Shown here piece after piece: positions 1 to 9,378 of a DNA stretch of 64,000 bases. The notes beneath the pieces were generated by a model. That model made no database searches. It was not told the origin of the DNA and saw only the letters and a program-made list of their open reading frames with translations. How positions within the stretch are numbered: position 1 is the first letter of the stretch; every line of letters begins with the position of its first letter. Made by a program: the position numbers and the translations under genes. Source of the DNA: an uncultured delta proteobacterium (GTDB lineage Bacteria; Desulfobacterota; Binatia; UBA9968); NCBI GenBank assembly GCA_963727625.1, contig CAVSHR010000003.1, positions 96,001-160,000 of the forward strand. Reading direction: 5' to 3'.

Positions 1-725
1 GGCCAGAGCACCGTGGCGGCGCCGAAACGGAACGGAAAGTACAGCGAGTTTCCCAGTCCGTAGGAAAAAAACATTTTCGACGCCGAGAAACAGAGGTCGT
101 TTTCGGTCATTTTCAGAACCGGTTTCGCGAACAGGTCGGTGATCGTGATCATGTCGTGCTGGAGGTGGACGGCGCCTTTTGGCTTACCCGTGCTGCCCGA
201 GGTGTAGCCCCAGAAACAAACATCGTCGCGAGTCGTCTTCTCGGCGGTCAGTTTGTCCGACGCTTTGGCAATCAAACTTTCGTAGGACAGCGCTTTACCT
301 CGCGCCTTGCCGACGACGATGATCCGCTTCAAAAACGGCGTGTTGTCCCAGATCTTTTCGATCTCGGGCAGAGTCGATTCGTGCACGATGATCGCCCGCG
401 CCCGGCTGTCGTTGATCAGATATTCATAGTCGGCGGCGAACATCCAAGGGTTGGTCGGGACCGCCACCGCGCCGATCTTGACTGCGCCGAAGAAGCTATA
501 GGCGAACTCCGGCGAGTCCGGCACTATGACCAGCACGCGATTTTCGATCTCGATGCCGAGCTCCTTGAGGGCGTTGCCGGTGCGGTTAACTTTCTCGAAG
601 ACTTCCTGATAGTTGATCTTTTGATCTTGATAGTAGATGGCAATTTTGCCGCCGCGGCCCTGCTGGATGTTTTCATCAACGAAGGTCGTGGCGGCGTTAT
701 AGATATCAGGCAGTTCGACCGGCAT
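1..725 (-). CDS. Benzoate-CoA ligase family (AMP-dependent aryl-CoA ligase), runs off window edge
   Basis: Not in the ORF track; translated manually from ATG at 725: MPVELPDIYNAATTFVDENI...YTSGSTGKPKGAVH (AMP-binding P-loop)...SKMFFSYGLGNSLYFP, typical of the benzoate-CoA ligase family. Confidence 0.85.
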   Translation of the reverse strand, partial: MPVELPDIYNAATTFVDENIQQGRGGKIAIYYQDQKINYQEVFEKVNRTGNALKELGIEIENRVLVIVPDSPEFAYSFFGAVKIGAVAVPTNPWMFAADYEYLINDSRARAIIVHESTLPEIEKIWDNTPFLKRIIVVGKARGKALSYESLIAKASDKLTAEKTTRDDVCFWGYTSGSTGKPKGAVHLQHDMITITDLFAKPVLKMTENDLCFSASKMFFSYGLGNSLYFPFRFGAATVLW

Positions 726-732
726 TGTAGCG

Positions 733-783
733 ATTCCAAATTCCAAATTTCATATTCCAGAACTGGAATCTGGAATATGTAAT
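733..783. repeat. Heptamer tandem repeats forming an imperfect palindrome
   Basis: ATTCCAA-ATTCCAA-ATTTCAT-ATTCCAG, AA, then CTGGAAT-CTGGAAT-ATGTAAT. Confidence 0.75.
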
Positions 784-801
784 CAGCGATGGCCGTTGGG
801 C

Positions 802-2274
802 CTATTCGCCTCCGATGATTTCCGAGTGGGTCTCGGTGGCGATGACGACCGACTTGGAGTCGGTGTAATGCTCGATCGCTTCGTCGCCATGTTCTTTGCC
901 GAGACCGCTTTGTTTCACGCCGCCGAAGGGCAGTTCGTCGTAAATGATCTGCGCGGAATTGACCCAGGTGTAGCCGGCTTCGATGTTCTCCGCGCCGTAC
1001 ATGGCGCGGTTGATGTCGCGCGTCCAAATCGATGAGCCGAGGCCAAATATCGAGGCATTGGCCTGTTCGATGGCCTGATCGAGATTCTTTACGCGCACGA
1101 TCGGCAGCGCCGGACCAAAAACCTCTTCTTGAATCATGCGCGACTTGGGATCGACGTCCGCCACCAGAGTCGGCTGCAAGTAGAAGCCCTTGTCGTATTC
1201 GTCGCCTTTCGGCCGCTGGCCGCCGTAAATAATCTTAGCCCCGCGCTTGACCGCGTCTTCGACCTGCTCTTCGACTTCCTGTCTTTGTTCTTTAGTGTGA
1301 AGCGGCCCCATCAGCACGCCGGGTTTAATACCGTTGCCAACGCTGATCTTCTTGGCCTTTTCGACCAGCTTTTCCATGAAAGCGCCGGCGATGTTTTCAA
1401 AGAGATACAAGCGTTTGACCGCCAGGCAGGCTTGGCCACAGTTGAAAAAGCGGCCCACCGAAGCGGCGCTGACCGCGCGGTCGATATCGGCGTCGTCGCA
1501 AACGATCATGGGATCGCTGCCGCCCAGTTCCAAAGTCACATGCTTGAAATCCTTGGCGGCCGACTGCATGACCCGCCGGCCGGTATCGGTGGCGCCGGTG
1601 AAGCCGATCTTTCGCACCGTGGGATTCACCAGCAGCTCTTCGCCGACTACGCTGCCCGGGCCGGTGACGACGTTCAGCACTCCTTTTGGACCGCCGGCAT
1701 CCTGGATCGCTTTGTCGATAATCTCGCAGGTGCGCAGATCGGTCAACGGCGTCGTTCCGGCCGGCTTGACCACGACGGTGTTGCCGGCGAGCAGCGCCGG
1801 GCCGAGCTTGTTGCCCATTAAAGAAACGGGAAAATTCCACGGCACGATGGAGCCGCACACGCCCAAGGGTTTGCGCAGGACAATGCCGTGGCGGCCGGTA
1901 TCGAGCATGACCGCCGAGGTGCGCATGGTTTTCGCCATGCCGCCGTAGTGGTCCAGGGTGTGGACGAAGCGGCGGATTTCCAAGATCGATTCGCGCGTCG
2001 GCTTGCCCTGTTCCCTGGTCAACAAGGTGGCAAGGTCCTTTTCCTGTTGCAGAATCGTGTGTCCCGCCGACAGCAAAATGGCGCCGCGTTTGGACGGCGC
2101 CATGGTGGCCCATTTCTTCAAAGCGCCCTGCGCCGCGTCGATGGCGCGACGAATGTCGGCGATGGTTCCTTTGGGGACGCTGTCGACAAGTTCTCCGGTG
2201 GCGGGATTGCGGACTTCGGTAGTCTGTCCGCTTTCAGAATCGACTTGCGCACCGGCGATTAACATCTTGGCCAT
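802..2274 (-). CDS. NAD(P)-dependent aldehyde dehydrogenase
   Basis: PWNFP, FTGAT, LELGG, catalytic Cys in GQAC, EEVFGP, PFGG motifs; GGAGG RBS. Confidence 0.95.
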   Translation of the reverse strand: MAKMLIAGAQVDSESGQTTEVRNPATGELVDSVPKGTIADIRRAIDAAQGALKKWATMAPSKRGAILLSAGHTILQQEKDLATLLTREQGKPTRESILEIRRFVHTLDHYGGMAKTMRTSAVMLDTGRHGIVLRKPLGVCGSIVPWNFPVSLMGNKLGPALLAGNTVVVKPAGTTPLTDLRTCEIIDKAIQDAGGPKGVLNVVTGPGSVVGEELLVNPTVRKIGFTGATDTGRRVMQSAAKDFKHVTLELGGSDPMIVCDDADIDRAVSAASVGRFFNCGQACLAVKRLYLFENIAGAFMEKLVEKAKKISVGNGIKPGVLMGPLHTKEQRQEVEEQVEDAVKRGAKIIYGGQRPKGDEYDKGFYLQPTLVADVDPKSRMIQEEVFGPALPIVRVKNLDQAIEQANASIFGLGSSIWTRDINRAMYGAENIEAGYTWVNSAQIIYDELPFGGVKQSGLGKEHGDEAIEHYTDSKSVVIATETHSEIIGGE

Positions 2275-2436
2275 TGAGGACCCTCCTAGAGCTTAGCTCG
2301 GAAACTAGAAAAAAATCACGTTCATAGGTGGAAGTCAAGAATTCCGCCGCTGGAGCGGCGGCGAAACGGGAGATCTATTTGACAGGCGGCAAAGCGAACG
2401 ATAGGTTTTTGAAATTCGTCGCGCTTCGGAGGCCGT

Positions 2437-3306
2437 ATGTCGATGGAAGAATATATCGTCAAGGCAAGACCCGGTGTCTTGGGCGGCAAGCATGAAGAGA
2501 AGCGGCCGCTGCGCCGGCTGAGCGCGCTGCCGGTGAAAAGGCATGTCTTTATCAACCGCGATTCGCACCCGAATGCGAATATCTACGTGGCCATTCATGA
2601 AGCCGGAGACTTACCCGCGCCGGTACCCGATTATCAGTTGCCGCATTGCCACAATACCGACGAGTTTTATTACTTCGTCGGCAGCAATCCCGATCTAACC
2701 GGACTTGAAGGCCAAATCATCTTCGAGGGCAAAGTGCACAAAATTGCATCGCCGGCCTGCGTGTATATACCCATGGGCACGGTGCACGAGTATAAAGTCA
2801 CCAAAGGCGCGGGCACGGTGACGGTTTTGTTCCGCGACCGCGGTTACACCCACGAAGACCGGCCTTTCGATAGCGCCAAAGGCGAGCGCGACTTTGCCAG
2901 GTACGCCGGCTATATTTTTCCTCCCGATATCCGGCCGGCGACCGAAATAAAATTTCATAGCGGCGCCGCGCCGGGCGTGCGCTACGTGTTCATCGACGGC
3001 AAGCTTAAACCCGAGGCGATGTTTTATACAGTGGTGCGCAGCGTCGAGAGCGTCAAGCGGTCCCAGGCCAACTATGTCGATTTGCACAGGCACAACTGCG
3101 ACACGCAGCATATTGCCATCGGCACCGGGCCGGAGCTGACCGGGCTCAAAATCGAGTTTCAGATTCGCGACGACAAAATCGTCGTCGAGAGCCCGGTGGG
3201 CGTCAATATTCCCGCCGGAACGCCGCATTCCCAGCGCATCGTCGAGGGATCGGGTCACTTTTTCAATTTCGTGCCGAAGAGCAATTATAATGACGGCTTG
3301 GTTTAA
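2437..3306 (+). CDS. Tandem cupin-fold protein, function unknown
   Basis: Two similar halves: PHCHNTDE..G.NPDLTGL..SPACVYIP.GTVH and LHRHNCD..G.GPELTGL..SPVGVNIP.GTPH. Confidence 0.7.
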   Translation: MSMEEYIVKARPGVLGGKHEEKRPLRRLSALPVKRHVFINRDSHPNANIYVAIHEAGDLPAPVPDYQLPHCHNTDEFYYFVGSNPDLTGLEGQIIFEGKVHKIASPACVYIPMGTVHEYKVTKGAGTVTVLFRDRGYTHEDRPFDSAKGERDFARYAGYIFPPDIRPATEIKFHSGAAPGVRYVFIDGKLKPEAMFYTVVRSVESVKRSQANYVDLHRHNCDTQHIAIGTGPELTGLKIEFQIRDDKIVVESPVGVNIPAGTPHSQRIVEGSGHFFNFVPKSNYNDGLV

Positions 3307-3467
3307 AACGTCCGGACGGGGGGCGGCTTCCGCAAGAATAACGGCCTTATGGGTGCCGCGGAACGCCGTGGCGGTATGCGAATGGCCCGCCAATCTTGAA
3401 CCCTGCGCGAGTCAAATTAATCGTTAAGGTTAGGCGGCGTTAATTTTGGATCGGAAATGGACCAGCA

Positions 3468-3893
3468 ATGAAAAAATGGCTCAAAAAATTCGGTCTCGGA
3501 GCAGTTATCGTTCTCATCGTGCTCCAGCTCGTTCCGGCGGCGCGAACCAACCCGCCGGAGCGTGGCCAGCTAACCGCGCCCGCCGAAGTCCAGGCGGTCT
3601 TGCGCCGGTCCTGCTACGACTGTCACTCCAACGAGACGAATTGGCCCTGGTACTCGCAGATCGCGCCGGCATCGTTGTTGATGGCGCACGATGTCAAAGA
3701 AGGGCGGCAGGAAGTGAATTTTTCCACTTGGGACCAATATGACAAGCGGCGCAAGGCGCGGAAACGCAAAGAAATCGCGGAACAGGTGAAAAAGGGCGAT
3801 ATGCCGTTGTGGTATTACGCGGCGCTGCATCCCGGCGCCAAGTTGTCGGCGACCGATCGCGAGCTGATCATTAAGTGGGCGAAGCAGGAGTAA
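3468..3893 (+). CDS. Haem-binding domain protein (single c-type haem)
   Basis: N-terminal hydrophobic segment, CYDCH, WPWYS.IAP.S and MP..Y...H motifs of the Haem_bd family. Confidence 0.85.
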   Translation: MKKWLKKFGLGAVIVLIVLQLVPAARTNPPERGQLTAPAEVQAVLRRSCYDCHSNETNWPWYSQIAPASLLMAHDVKEGRQEVNFSTWDQYDKRRKARKRKEIAEQVKKGDMPLWYYAALHPGAKLSATDRELIIKWAKQE

Positions 3894-3924
3894 AGCGACC
3901 ATCGATAATTTCGATGGGTCAAAA

Positions 3925-3942
3925 GTTGACCGCAAGGTCAAC
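3925..3942. terminator. GNRA-tetraloop hairpin
   Basis: GTTGACC-GCAA-GGTCAAC downstream of the haem gene; no clear U-tract. Confidence 0.4.
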
Positions 3943-3950
3943 CCAAGCGC

Positions 3951-4148
3951 TTGATCTTCGCGGCGCTTGAGACCTATAAGATCTCGCGCGGCGCGGTTAC
4001 TACCAAGGGGGTTCCGGCGGATGATGAATTGCCGGAGTGTCTCAAAGAAGACGCAAAGATTTCACGACTACCGGCCCCGGTGCCGGTTGCCAAGGTCTTC
4101 GATTTTTCATTGCAGCGAGAAATCAATCGCGAGCCGGGGGTCCAATGA
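3951..4148 (+). pseudogene. Probable C-terminal remnant of an ABC substrate-binding protein (NMT1/SsuA-like)
   Basis: ALETYKIS...GVP.DDEL...[14 protein letters not shown] resembles such SBP C-termini; no N-terminal body upstream. Confidence 0.4.
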
Positions 4149-4705
4149 GCGACGGTAAAAATGCAATAGCGGTGTTCGGCGGCGGCTGCTTCTGGTGCAC
4201 GGAAGCGGTTTTCGACGAGCTGCGCGGCGTCCATGCGGTGGTGTCCGGCTACGCCGGCGGCACGACGAAGGCGCCGACCTACGAACAAGTCTGTTCCGGC
4301 AGTACCGGCCATGCGGAAGTGATTAAAATTGAATTCGATCCGAGCCAAATTTCTTTCCGCGATTTGATGACGGTGTTTTTCGCCACCCACGATCCGACCA
4401 CGCTCGATCGCCAGGGCAACGACGTCGGCACGCAGTACCGCTCGGTGATTCTCTACGCCGACGAACAGCAGAAGCAAGAAGCTGCGGCGTTCATCAAGGA
4501 ATTGGACGACAGCAAGACACTCAAGAATTCGGTCGTCACGAGGCTGGAACCGCTTACGGAATTTTACCCCGCGGAAGATTATCACCAGAAATATTATGCC
4601 GGTAATCCGTACCAGCCTTACTGCCAGTACATGATCCCGCCGAAGCTCGGCAAGCTGCACAAACAATTTTCCGCGCTGCTTAAATCGCACGGCAAGTCGT
4701 CCTGA
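4145..4705 (+). CDS. msrA: Peptide-methionine (S)-S-oxide reductase
   Basis: [24 protein letters not shown] motifs; ATG at 4145 preferred over the longer ORF. Confidence 0.95.
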   Translation: MSDGKNAIAVFGGGCFWCTEAVFDELRGVHAVVSGYAGGTTKAPTYEQVCSGSTGHAEVIKIEFDPSQISFRDLMTVFFATHDPTTLDRQGNDVGTQYRSVILYADEQQKQEAAAFIKELDDSKTLKNSVVTRLEPLTEFYPAEDYHQKYYAGNPYQPYCQYMIPPKLGKLHKQFSALLKSHGKSS

Positions 4706-4829
4706 ATCGGCGCCAAAGTATTTTCCCAATCGGGGTGACATGGGACTCGGACGTGGTATCATGTCCTGTGGACCCGTTGCAGGGTAACGGCTCCACCGTT
4801 GTGTTCCGAGGGGATCACGAGGACAAACG

Positions 4830-5471
4830 ATGGACGCCTTCCACTTTTTCACCAAGCTCGATCAAACGCTGCTCCTGGGATTGCGCGCGGGATCGATCGA
4901 AGAGTTGTTGACCGGCATCCGCTCGGTGCCGGACTCGTCGATCTACTTCCACACGCATCGATTTCTCTATCAGCATCACTTTCTTTCGCCGGAACCGCCG
5001 AATGATTTTGCTTATTGGGCGACCCATGTTCTGGGTGACGATAATTTGGGTGAACTGCTGTGGAGCGTCGACACCGTTCAGTTCGGCGCGATCGGCGACC
5101 TGCGAGCGAAGATGATTTCAATATTGGGAAGCCGCTTGGCGGAGAACGGCCGGCGGGCCGAATGCCAGGCGGGCGAAGAATTTCATTTTATGGCGTCGCG
5201 CTTGTTCGTCTTGCCAACCGGCTACGCGTCGCGCGACTTGGACGAGTTTGCGCGCCATCTCAACAAGGCGAGCATCAACAGCATTTATTTTCACATGTTC
5301 GACGCCAAGCTGCGTCTGAAAAACGGCGAGAACGATTTTTCCCGGTGGTTTCGCCATGTGGGCAACGAGGCCCTTGCCGATGAGACGCGGCGGCTGGACC
5401 CCTATTCTTATACCTTGGACGGACTGCGGCAGCAGATCATCGCTCTAGTGAGGCGATATGCTCACCCTTGA
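4830..5471 (+). CDS. DUF5752 / OrfY-like protein associated with TreT
   Basis: Duplicated SIYFH...NDF..W motif; overlaps the TreT-like gene. Confidence 0.8.
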   Translation: MDAFHFFTKLDQTLLLGLRAGSIEELLTGIRSVPDSSIYFHTHRFLYQHHFLSPEPPNDFAYWATHVLGDDNLGELLWSVDTVQFGAIGDLRAKMISILGSRLAENGRRAECQAGEEFHFMASRLFVLPTGYASRDLDEFARHLNKASINSIYFHMFDAKLRLKNGENDFSRWFRHVGNEALADETRRLDPYSYTLDGLRQQIIALVRRYAHP

Positions 5472-6675
5472 AGATTACGCTCCGATCGTCGGCCAAGGTT
5501 CCATCGATGAGCTCAGACTGCTGGCGGATCGTCTGCGCGGCAAGACCATTCAGAACATCAATTCGACGGCGGTCGGCGGCGGGGTGGCGGAAATTCTATC
5601 CCGCGTGGTGCCGCTCTTGAAACAGCTTGGGGTCGGCGCGGTCTGGGACGTGATCCGAGGCGACGAGAAATTTTTCGTGACGACGAAAAAAATTCATAAC
5701 GGCTTGCACGGCGTGCCGGTAGATATCAGCGCGGCGGAGTACGAGCACTTTCTTGAGGTCAATCACGAAAACGCCGCGCAACTGCGCTTCGGCGATATCG
5801 TCTACGTTCACGACCCGCAACCGGTCGCGTTGGTGGAGAAAAACAAAGCTTCCGGGAAGCCTTGGGTGTGGCGCTGTCATATCGATTTTTCCCGGCCCGA
5901 TCCCAAAATTTGGGAATTTCTCAGCCGGTTCATCAGCCGCTACAATGCGGCGGTGTTTTCAGCGCCGGCGTTCTCGAGAACGCTGCCGATCCCCCAAGTC
6001 CTGATTTCGCCGTCCATCGATCCGTTGAGCGACAAGAACAAAGAATTGGATGAAGAGACTATCGACGCGGTGTTTACCCGATTCGGGGTCGACCGGTCGA
6101 GACCGGTGGTCACGCAAATTTCTCGATTTGACTATCTCAAAGATCCGCTGGGCGTCATCGAGGCATTTAAACTAGCCAAAGAACATGTCGACATGCAGCT
6201 CGTGCTCGCGGGAGGGGGCGCGACCGATGATCCCGAGGGCCCGGTCATCATGGAGCAGGTCAAGGCTGAGGCCGAAAAGGATAAAGACATTTTTGTATTG
6301 TTCCTTCCGCCGGCGAGTGACGTCGAAATCAATGCGTTGCAGAGAGGCTCCACGATCATTTTGCAAAAATCTTTGCGCGAAGGTTTCGGTCTCACGGTCA
6401 GCGAGGCGCTGTGGAAGGCCAAACCGACGATCGCCAGCGCGGTGGGCGGTATACCGCTGCAGATCGCGCACAAGTACTCGGGCATTTTGACTCACTCCAT
6501 CGAAGGCACGGCGCAATGGATCAAGCAGCTGATCAGCGCGCCGGAATACGCGCGCCGGCTCGGGATAAACGGCCGAGAGCATATCCGCAACAATTATTTG
6601 ATCACCCGGCATATCAAAGACTATCTGCTGCTGTTCATATCGCTAATCAAAAAAGGAGACATCGTTTACCTGTGA
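5458..6675 (+). CDS. treT: GT4 glycosyltransferase, trehalose synthase TreT-like
   Basis: NSTAVGGGVAEIL, HDPQP, WRCHID, SRFDYLKDP, EGFGLTVSEA motifs. Confidence 0.85.
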   Translation: MLTLEDYAPIVGQGSIDELRLLADRLRGKTIQNINSTAVGGGVAEILSRVVPLLKQLGVGAVWDVIRGDEKFFVTTKKIHNGLHGVPVDISAAEYEHFLEVNHENAAQLRFGDIVYVHDPQPVALVEKNKASGKPWVWRCHIDFSRPDPKIWEFLSRFISRYNAAVFSAPAFSRTLPIPQVLISPSIDPLSDKNKELDEETIDAVFTRFGVDRSRPVVTQISRFDYLKDPLGVIEAFKLAKEHVDMQLVLAGGGATDDPEGPVIMEQVKAEAEKDKDIFVLFLPPASDVEINALQRGSTIILQKSLREGFGLTVSEALWKAKPTIASAVGGIPLQIAHKYSGILTHSIEGTAQWIKQLISAPEYARRLGINGREHIRNNYLITRHIKDYLLLFISLIKKGDIVYL

Positions 6676-8954
6676 CGGCGCCGGTGGATCAAAAAGACTC
6701 CGAGCGCGGCGAGCTCAGCGGTCGACGACTGGTGATCGTTTCCAATCGTTTGCCGTTCAGTGTCGAAATCGATGATGGCCGGCTGTTGTTTCAACCGAGC
6801 GCCGGCGGTCTGGCCACGGGCCTGGCCTCGTTGCGCCAGGCGGGCAAGCAAAGCGCCGCGCTGCCGAGCGAACATTTGTGGGTCGGCTGGCCGGGCCGAA
6901 GCATCGAGAGCTCGCTCCAAGCGGAAGTCGCGCGCGAGGCCGCGGCACGGTTTCAATCCCACCCGGTGTTTCTCACCGAAGAGGAAATGGAGCATTTTTA
7001 CCTGGGGTTTTGCAACTCGACGATCTGGCCGCTGTTTCATTACTTTACCTCTTACGCGGTTTACCAGCCGCCTTTCTGGGAGCAATACAAACACATCAAT
7101 CAACTCTTCGCGGATGCGCTGGAGTCGGTGCTCCGGCCCGATGATGTCGTCTGGGTGCACGACTATCATCTGATGCTGCTGCCGCGCCTGCTAAAGGCGC
7201 GCCAGCGCGAATTATCGGTCGGCTTTTTTCTGCATATTCCATTTCCGTCTTTTGAAGTGTTTCGCCTGCTGCCGGGCGAGTGGCGCCGCGAAATTTTAGA
7301 GGGACTTTTAGGCGCCGATCTCATCGGTTTTCATACCTACGAATACACGCGCCATTTTTTGCAATGCGTGTTGCGAATCCTCGGCTACGAGCATCAAATG
7401 AGCCAAGTGATGACGACGGATCATGTTGTCAGAGTAGACACGTTTCCGATGGGGATCGACGTCGATAAGTTTGCCGGCGCGCCGCAAAACGAAGAGACCG
7501 GGCGGGAAATCGACGAGCTTAAAAATGCCCTTTCCGGCGTCAAACTGATCCTCTCGGTGGACCGGCTGGATTACTCCAAGGGGATTTTGAACCGCTTGGA
7601 GGGTTACGAATTATTTCTCGAAAACAATCTCGAATATCACGGCAAAGTCGCCTTGTTGATGGTGGTGGTGCCGTCGCGCATCGGCGTGCTGCAATACGAT
7701 CTGATGAAACGGCAGCTCGAAGAGATGGTCGGCAAGATCAACGGTCGTTTCGGCCAGGTCGGCTGGACGCCGGTGTTGTATCAATACCGCCACGTGCCGT
7801 TTGCCTCGCTGGCCGCGCTCTACGCCGTGAGCGATGTCTGCCTGGTGACGCCGCTGCGCGACGGCATGAATTTGGTCGCCAAGGAGTACGTGGCCACGCG
7901 GGGTGACGGTGCCGGCGTGCTGATCCTAAGTGAAATGGCCGGGGCGGCGAAAGAACTTCCTGAAGCGATTATCATCAATCCCAATAACCGCGTGGAAATT
8001 GCCGCCGCGCTGAAAGAAGCGCTGGAAACCCCGCCGCAAGAGCAACAGAAGCGCCATCGGCTGATGCAGCGCCGCTTGCGTCGCTATAGCGTGACGCGCT
8101 GGGCGAGCGATTTTTTGATTACGCTGATGGCTATGCGCGAGGTGCAAAATCGCTTCGAGTCAAAGCTCTTGACCCCGGCAGCCCGGCTCGAGATTCTGGA
8201 GCGTTACGAAAACAGCCGGCGCCGGCTGTTCTTTCTCGATTATGACGGCACATTAACACCGCTGGTCCGCCATCCAGGCCTGGCCGAACTCGATGACAGC
8301 AAACGCGCACTGTTGCGCGCGCTGGCGTCCGAGCCGAAGAACAGCATAGTTGTCGCCAGCGGCAGAGAACGCCAGACGCTCGAAGACTGGCTCGGCGCTT
8401 TAGCCATCGGTTTGGTAGCGGAGCATGGGGCGTGGCTGAAATTCGCCGGCCACGACTGGCGGCGCGCAAAGCCAGTGGCCAACGAATGGAAGCGCGAACT
8501 GCTGCCGATATTGGAGATTTATGCGGATCGGTTGCCTGGCGCCCTCGTCGAAGAAAAGGAAGCTTCGGTGGCGTGGCACTATCGCATGGCGGATCCGGAA
8601 CAGGCGGCGCTGTGCGCTCCGGAATTAATCGATCACCTCTTAAATATGACCGCGAAAACGGATTTGCAGTTGATTCAAGGCAATAAAGTGGTGGAAATTC
8701 GCCAAACCGGGGTCAACAAGGGTGCCGCCGCGGTATCTTGGCTGACCAACGACGATTACGATTTTATCCTGGGCATTGGCGATGACACCACCGATGAGGA
8801 TTTTTTTAAAACACTTCCGGCCTCGGCCTACACCATTCGGGTCGGCATGGCGGCTACCCATGCTCAATACAATCTTCACAATAGCGATGAAGTCATCGAC
8901 CTGTTGCACGCCTTCGCGGCCTTGAGAGAAGCCAAATCGGACAGGGGCGAATAG
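6672..8954 (+). CDS. otsAB: Bifunctional trehalose-6-phosphate synthase/phosphatase (OtsA-OtsB fusion)
   Basis: SNRLP, GGLA, HDYHL, FLHIPFP, DRLDYSKG, DGMNLV followed by HAD domain DYDGTL...GDDTTDED; GTG start overlaps the treT stop (GTGA). Confidence 0.93.
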   Translation: MTAPVDQKDSERGELSGRRLVIVSNRLPFSVEIDDGRLLFQPSAGGLATGLASLRQAGKQSAALPSEHLWVGWPGRSIESSLQAEVAREAAARFQSHPVFLTEEEMEHFYLGFCNSTIWPLFHYFTSYAVYQPPFWEQYKHINQLFADALESVLRPDDVVWVHDYHLMLLPRLLKARQRELSVGFFLHIPFPSFEVFRLLPGEWRREILEGLLGADLIGFHTYEYTRHFLQCVLRILGYEHQMSQVMTTDHVVRVDTFPMGIDVDKFAGAPQNEETGREIDELKNALSGVKLILSVDRLDYSKGILNRLEGYELFLENNLEYHGKVALLMVVVPSRIGVLQYDLMKRQLEEMVGKINGRFGQVGWTPVLYQYRHVPFASLAALYAVSDVCLVTPLRDGMNLVAKEYVATRGDGAGVLILSEMAGAAKELPEAIIINPNNRVEIAAALKEALETPPQEQQKRHRLMQRRLRRYSVTRWASDFLITLMAMREVQNRFESKLLTPAARLEILERYENSRRRLFFLDYDGTLTPLVRHPGLAELDDSKRALLRALASEPKNSIVVASGRERQTLEDWLGALAIGLVAEHGAWLKFAGHDWRRAKPVANEWKRELLPILEIYADRLPGALVEEKEASVAWHYRMADPEQAALCAPELIDHLLNMTAKTDLQLIQGNKVVEIRQTGVNKGAAAVSWLTNDDYDFILGIGDDTTDEDFFKTLPASAYTIRVGMAATHAQYNLHNSDEVIDLLHAFAALREAKSDRGE

Positions 8955-9378
8955 TCTGTTTCGTTGGCGCATGGCCCGCTGTCCTTATGGCAGACTAAGC
9001 GTCACTTGCGAATCAGTGCCTCGCCGCTATCGAAGGGGCAGATGAAATTTCGCTACCGCGCCAATCAGGATATTGTCGGCTGCCCAAGCGACGGTCGACT
9101 TTGGCCGGAACGCGGCGCGTCAATTTTGCGCAGCGACTTTTTTTTGGGCAACGAAAGCCGTTGCAAGCACGGCTTGAGGGCGCGAATACCGCGGCAAGGC
9201 CGCACGGTTGGCAGCGGTCTCATCGGTGGGCCATTAAATTAAAGTTTCGTTGTCGCGCTTATCCCCGGCGAAGATTTTGCATGGGGGCGGCAAGTAAAAA
9301 ATCATGCGGGCAACTTGCGTCGCCCGCATGGCGTGTTAATGCTCGACGAATTAGCCGTCGACAAGACGCGAGGACGTT

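Noticed and set aside
156-782. 208-aa plus-strand ORF and the many similar antisense or alternate-frame ORFs across the window
   Set aside because: Shadows of real genes in GC-rich DNA; here the true gene is the minus-strand CoA ligase
6411-6671. N-terminal extension of the TPS/TPP ORF overlapping treT
   Set aside because: Low-complexity off-frame sequence; GTG at 6672 gives the usual 4-bp overlap
9329-9343. sigma54-like TGGCGTGTTAATGCT upstream of the transporter
   Set aside because: GG to GC spacing is 9 nt, not the required 10
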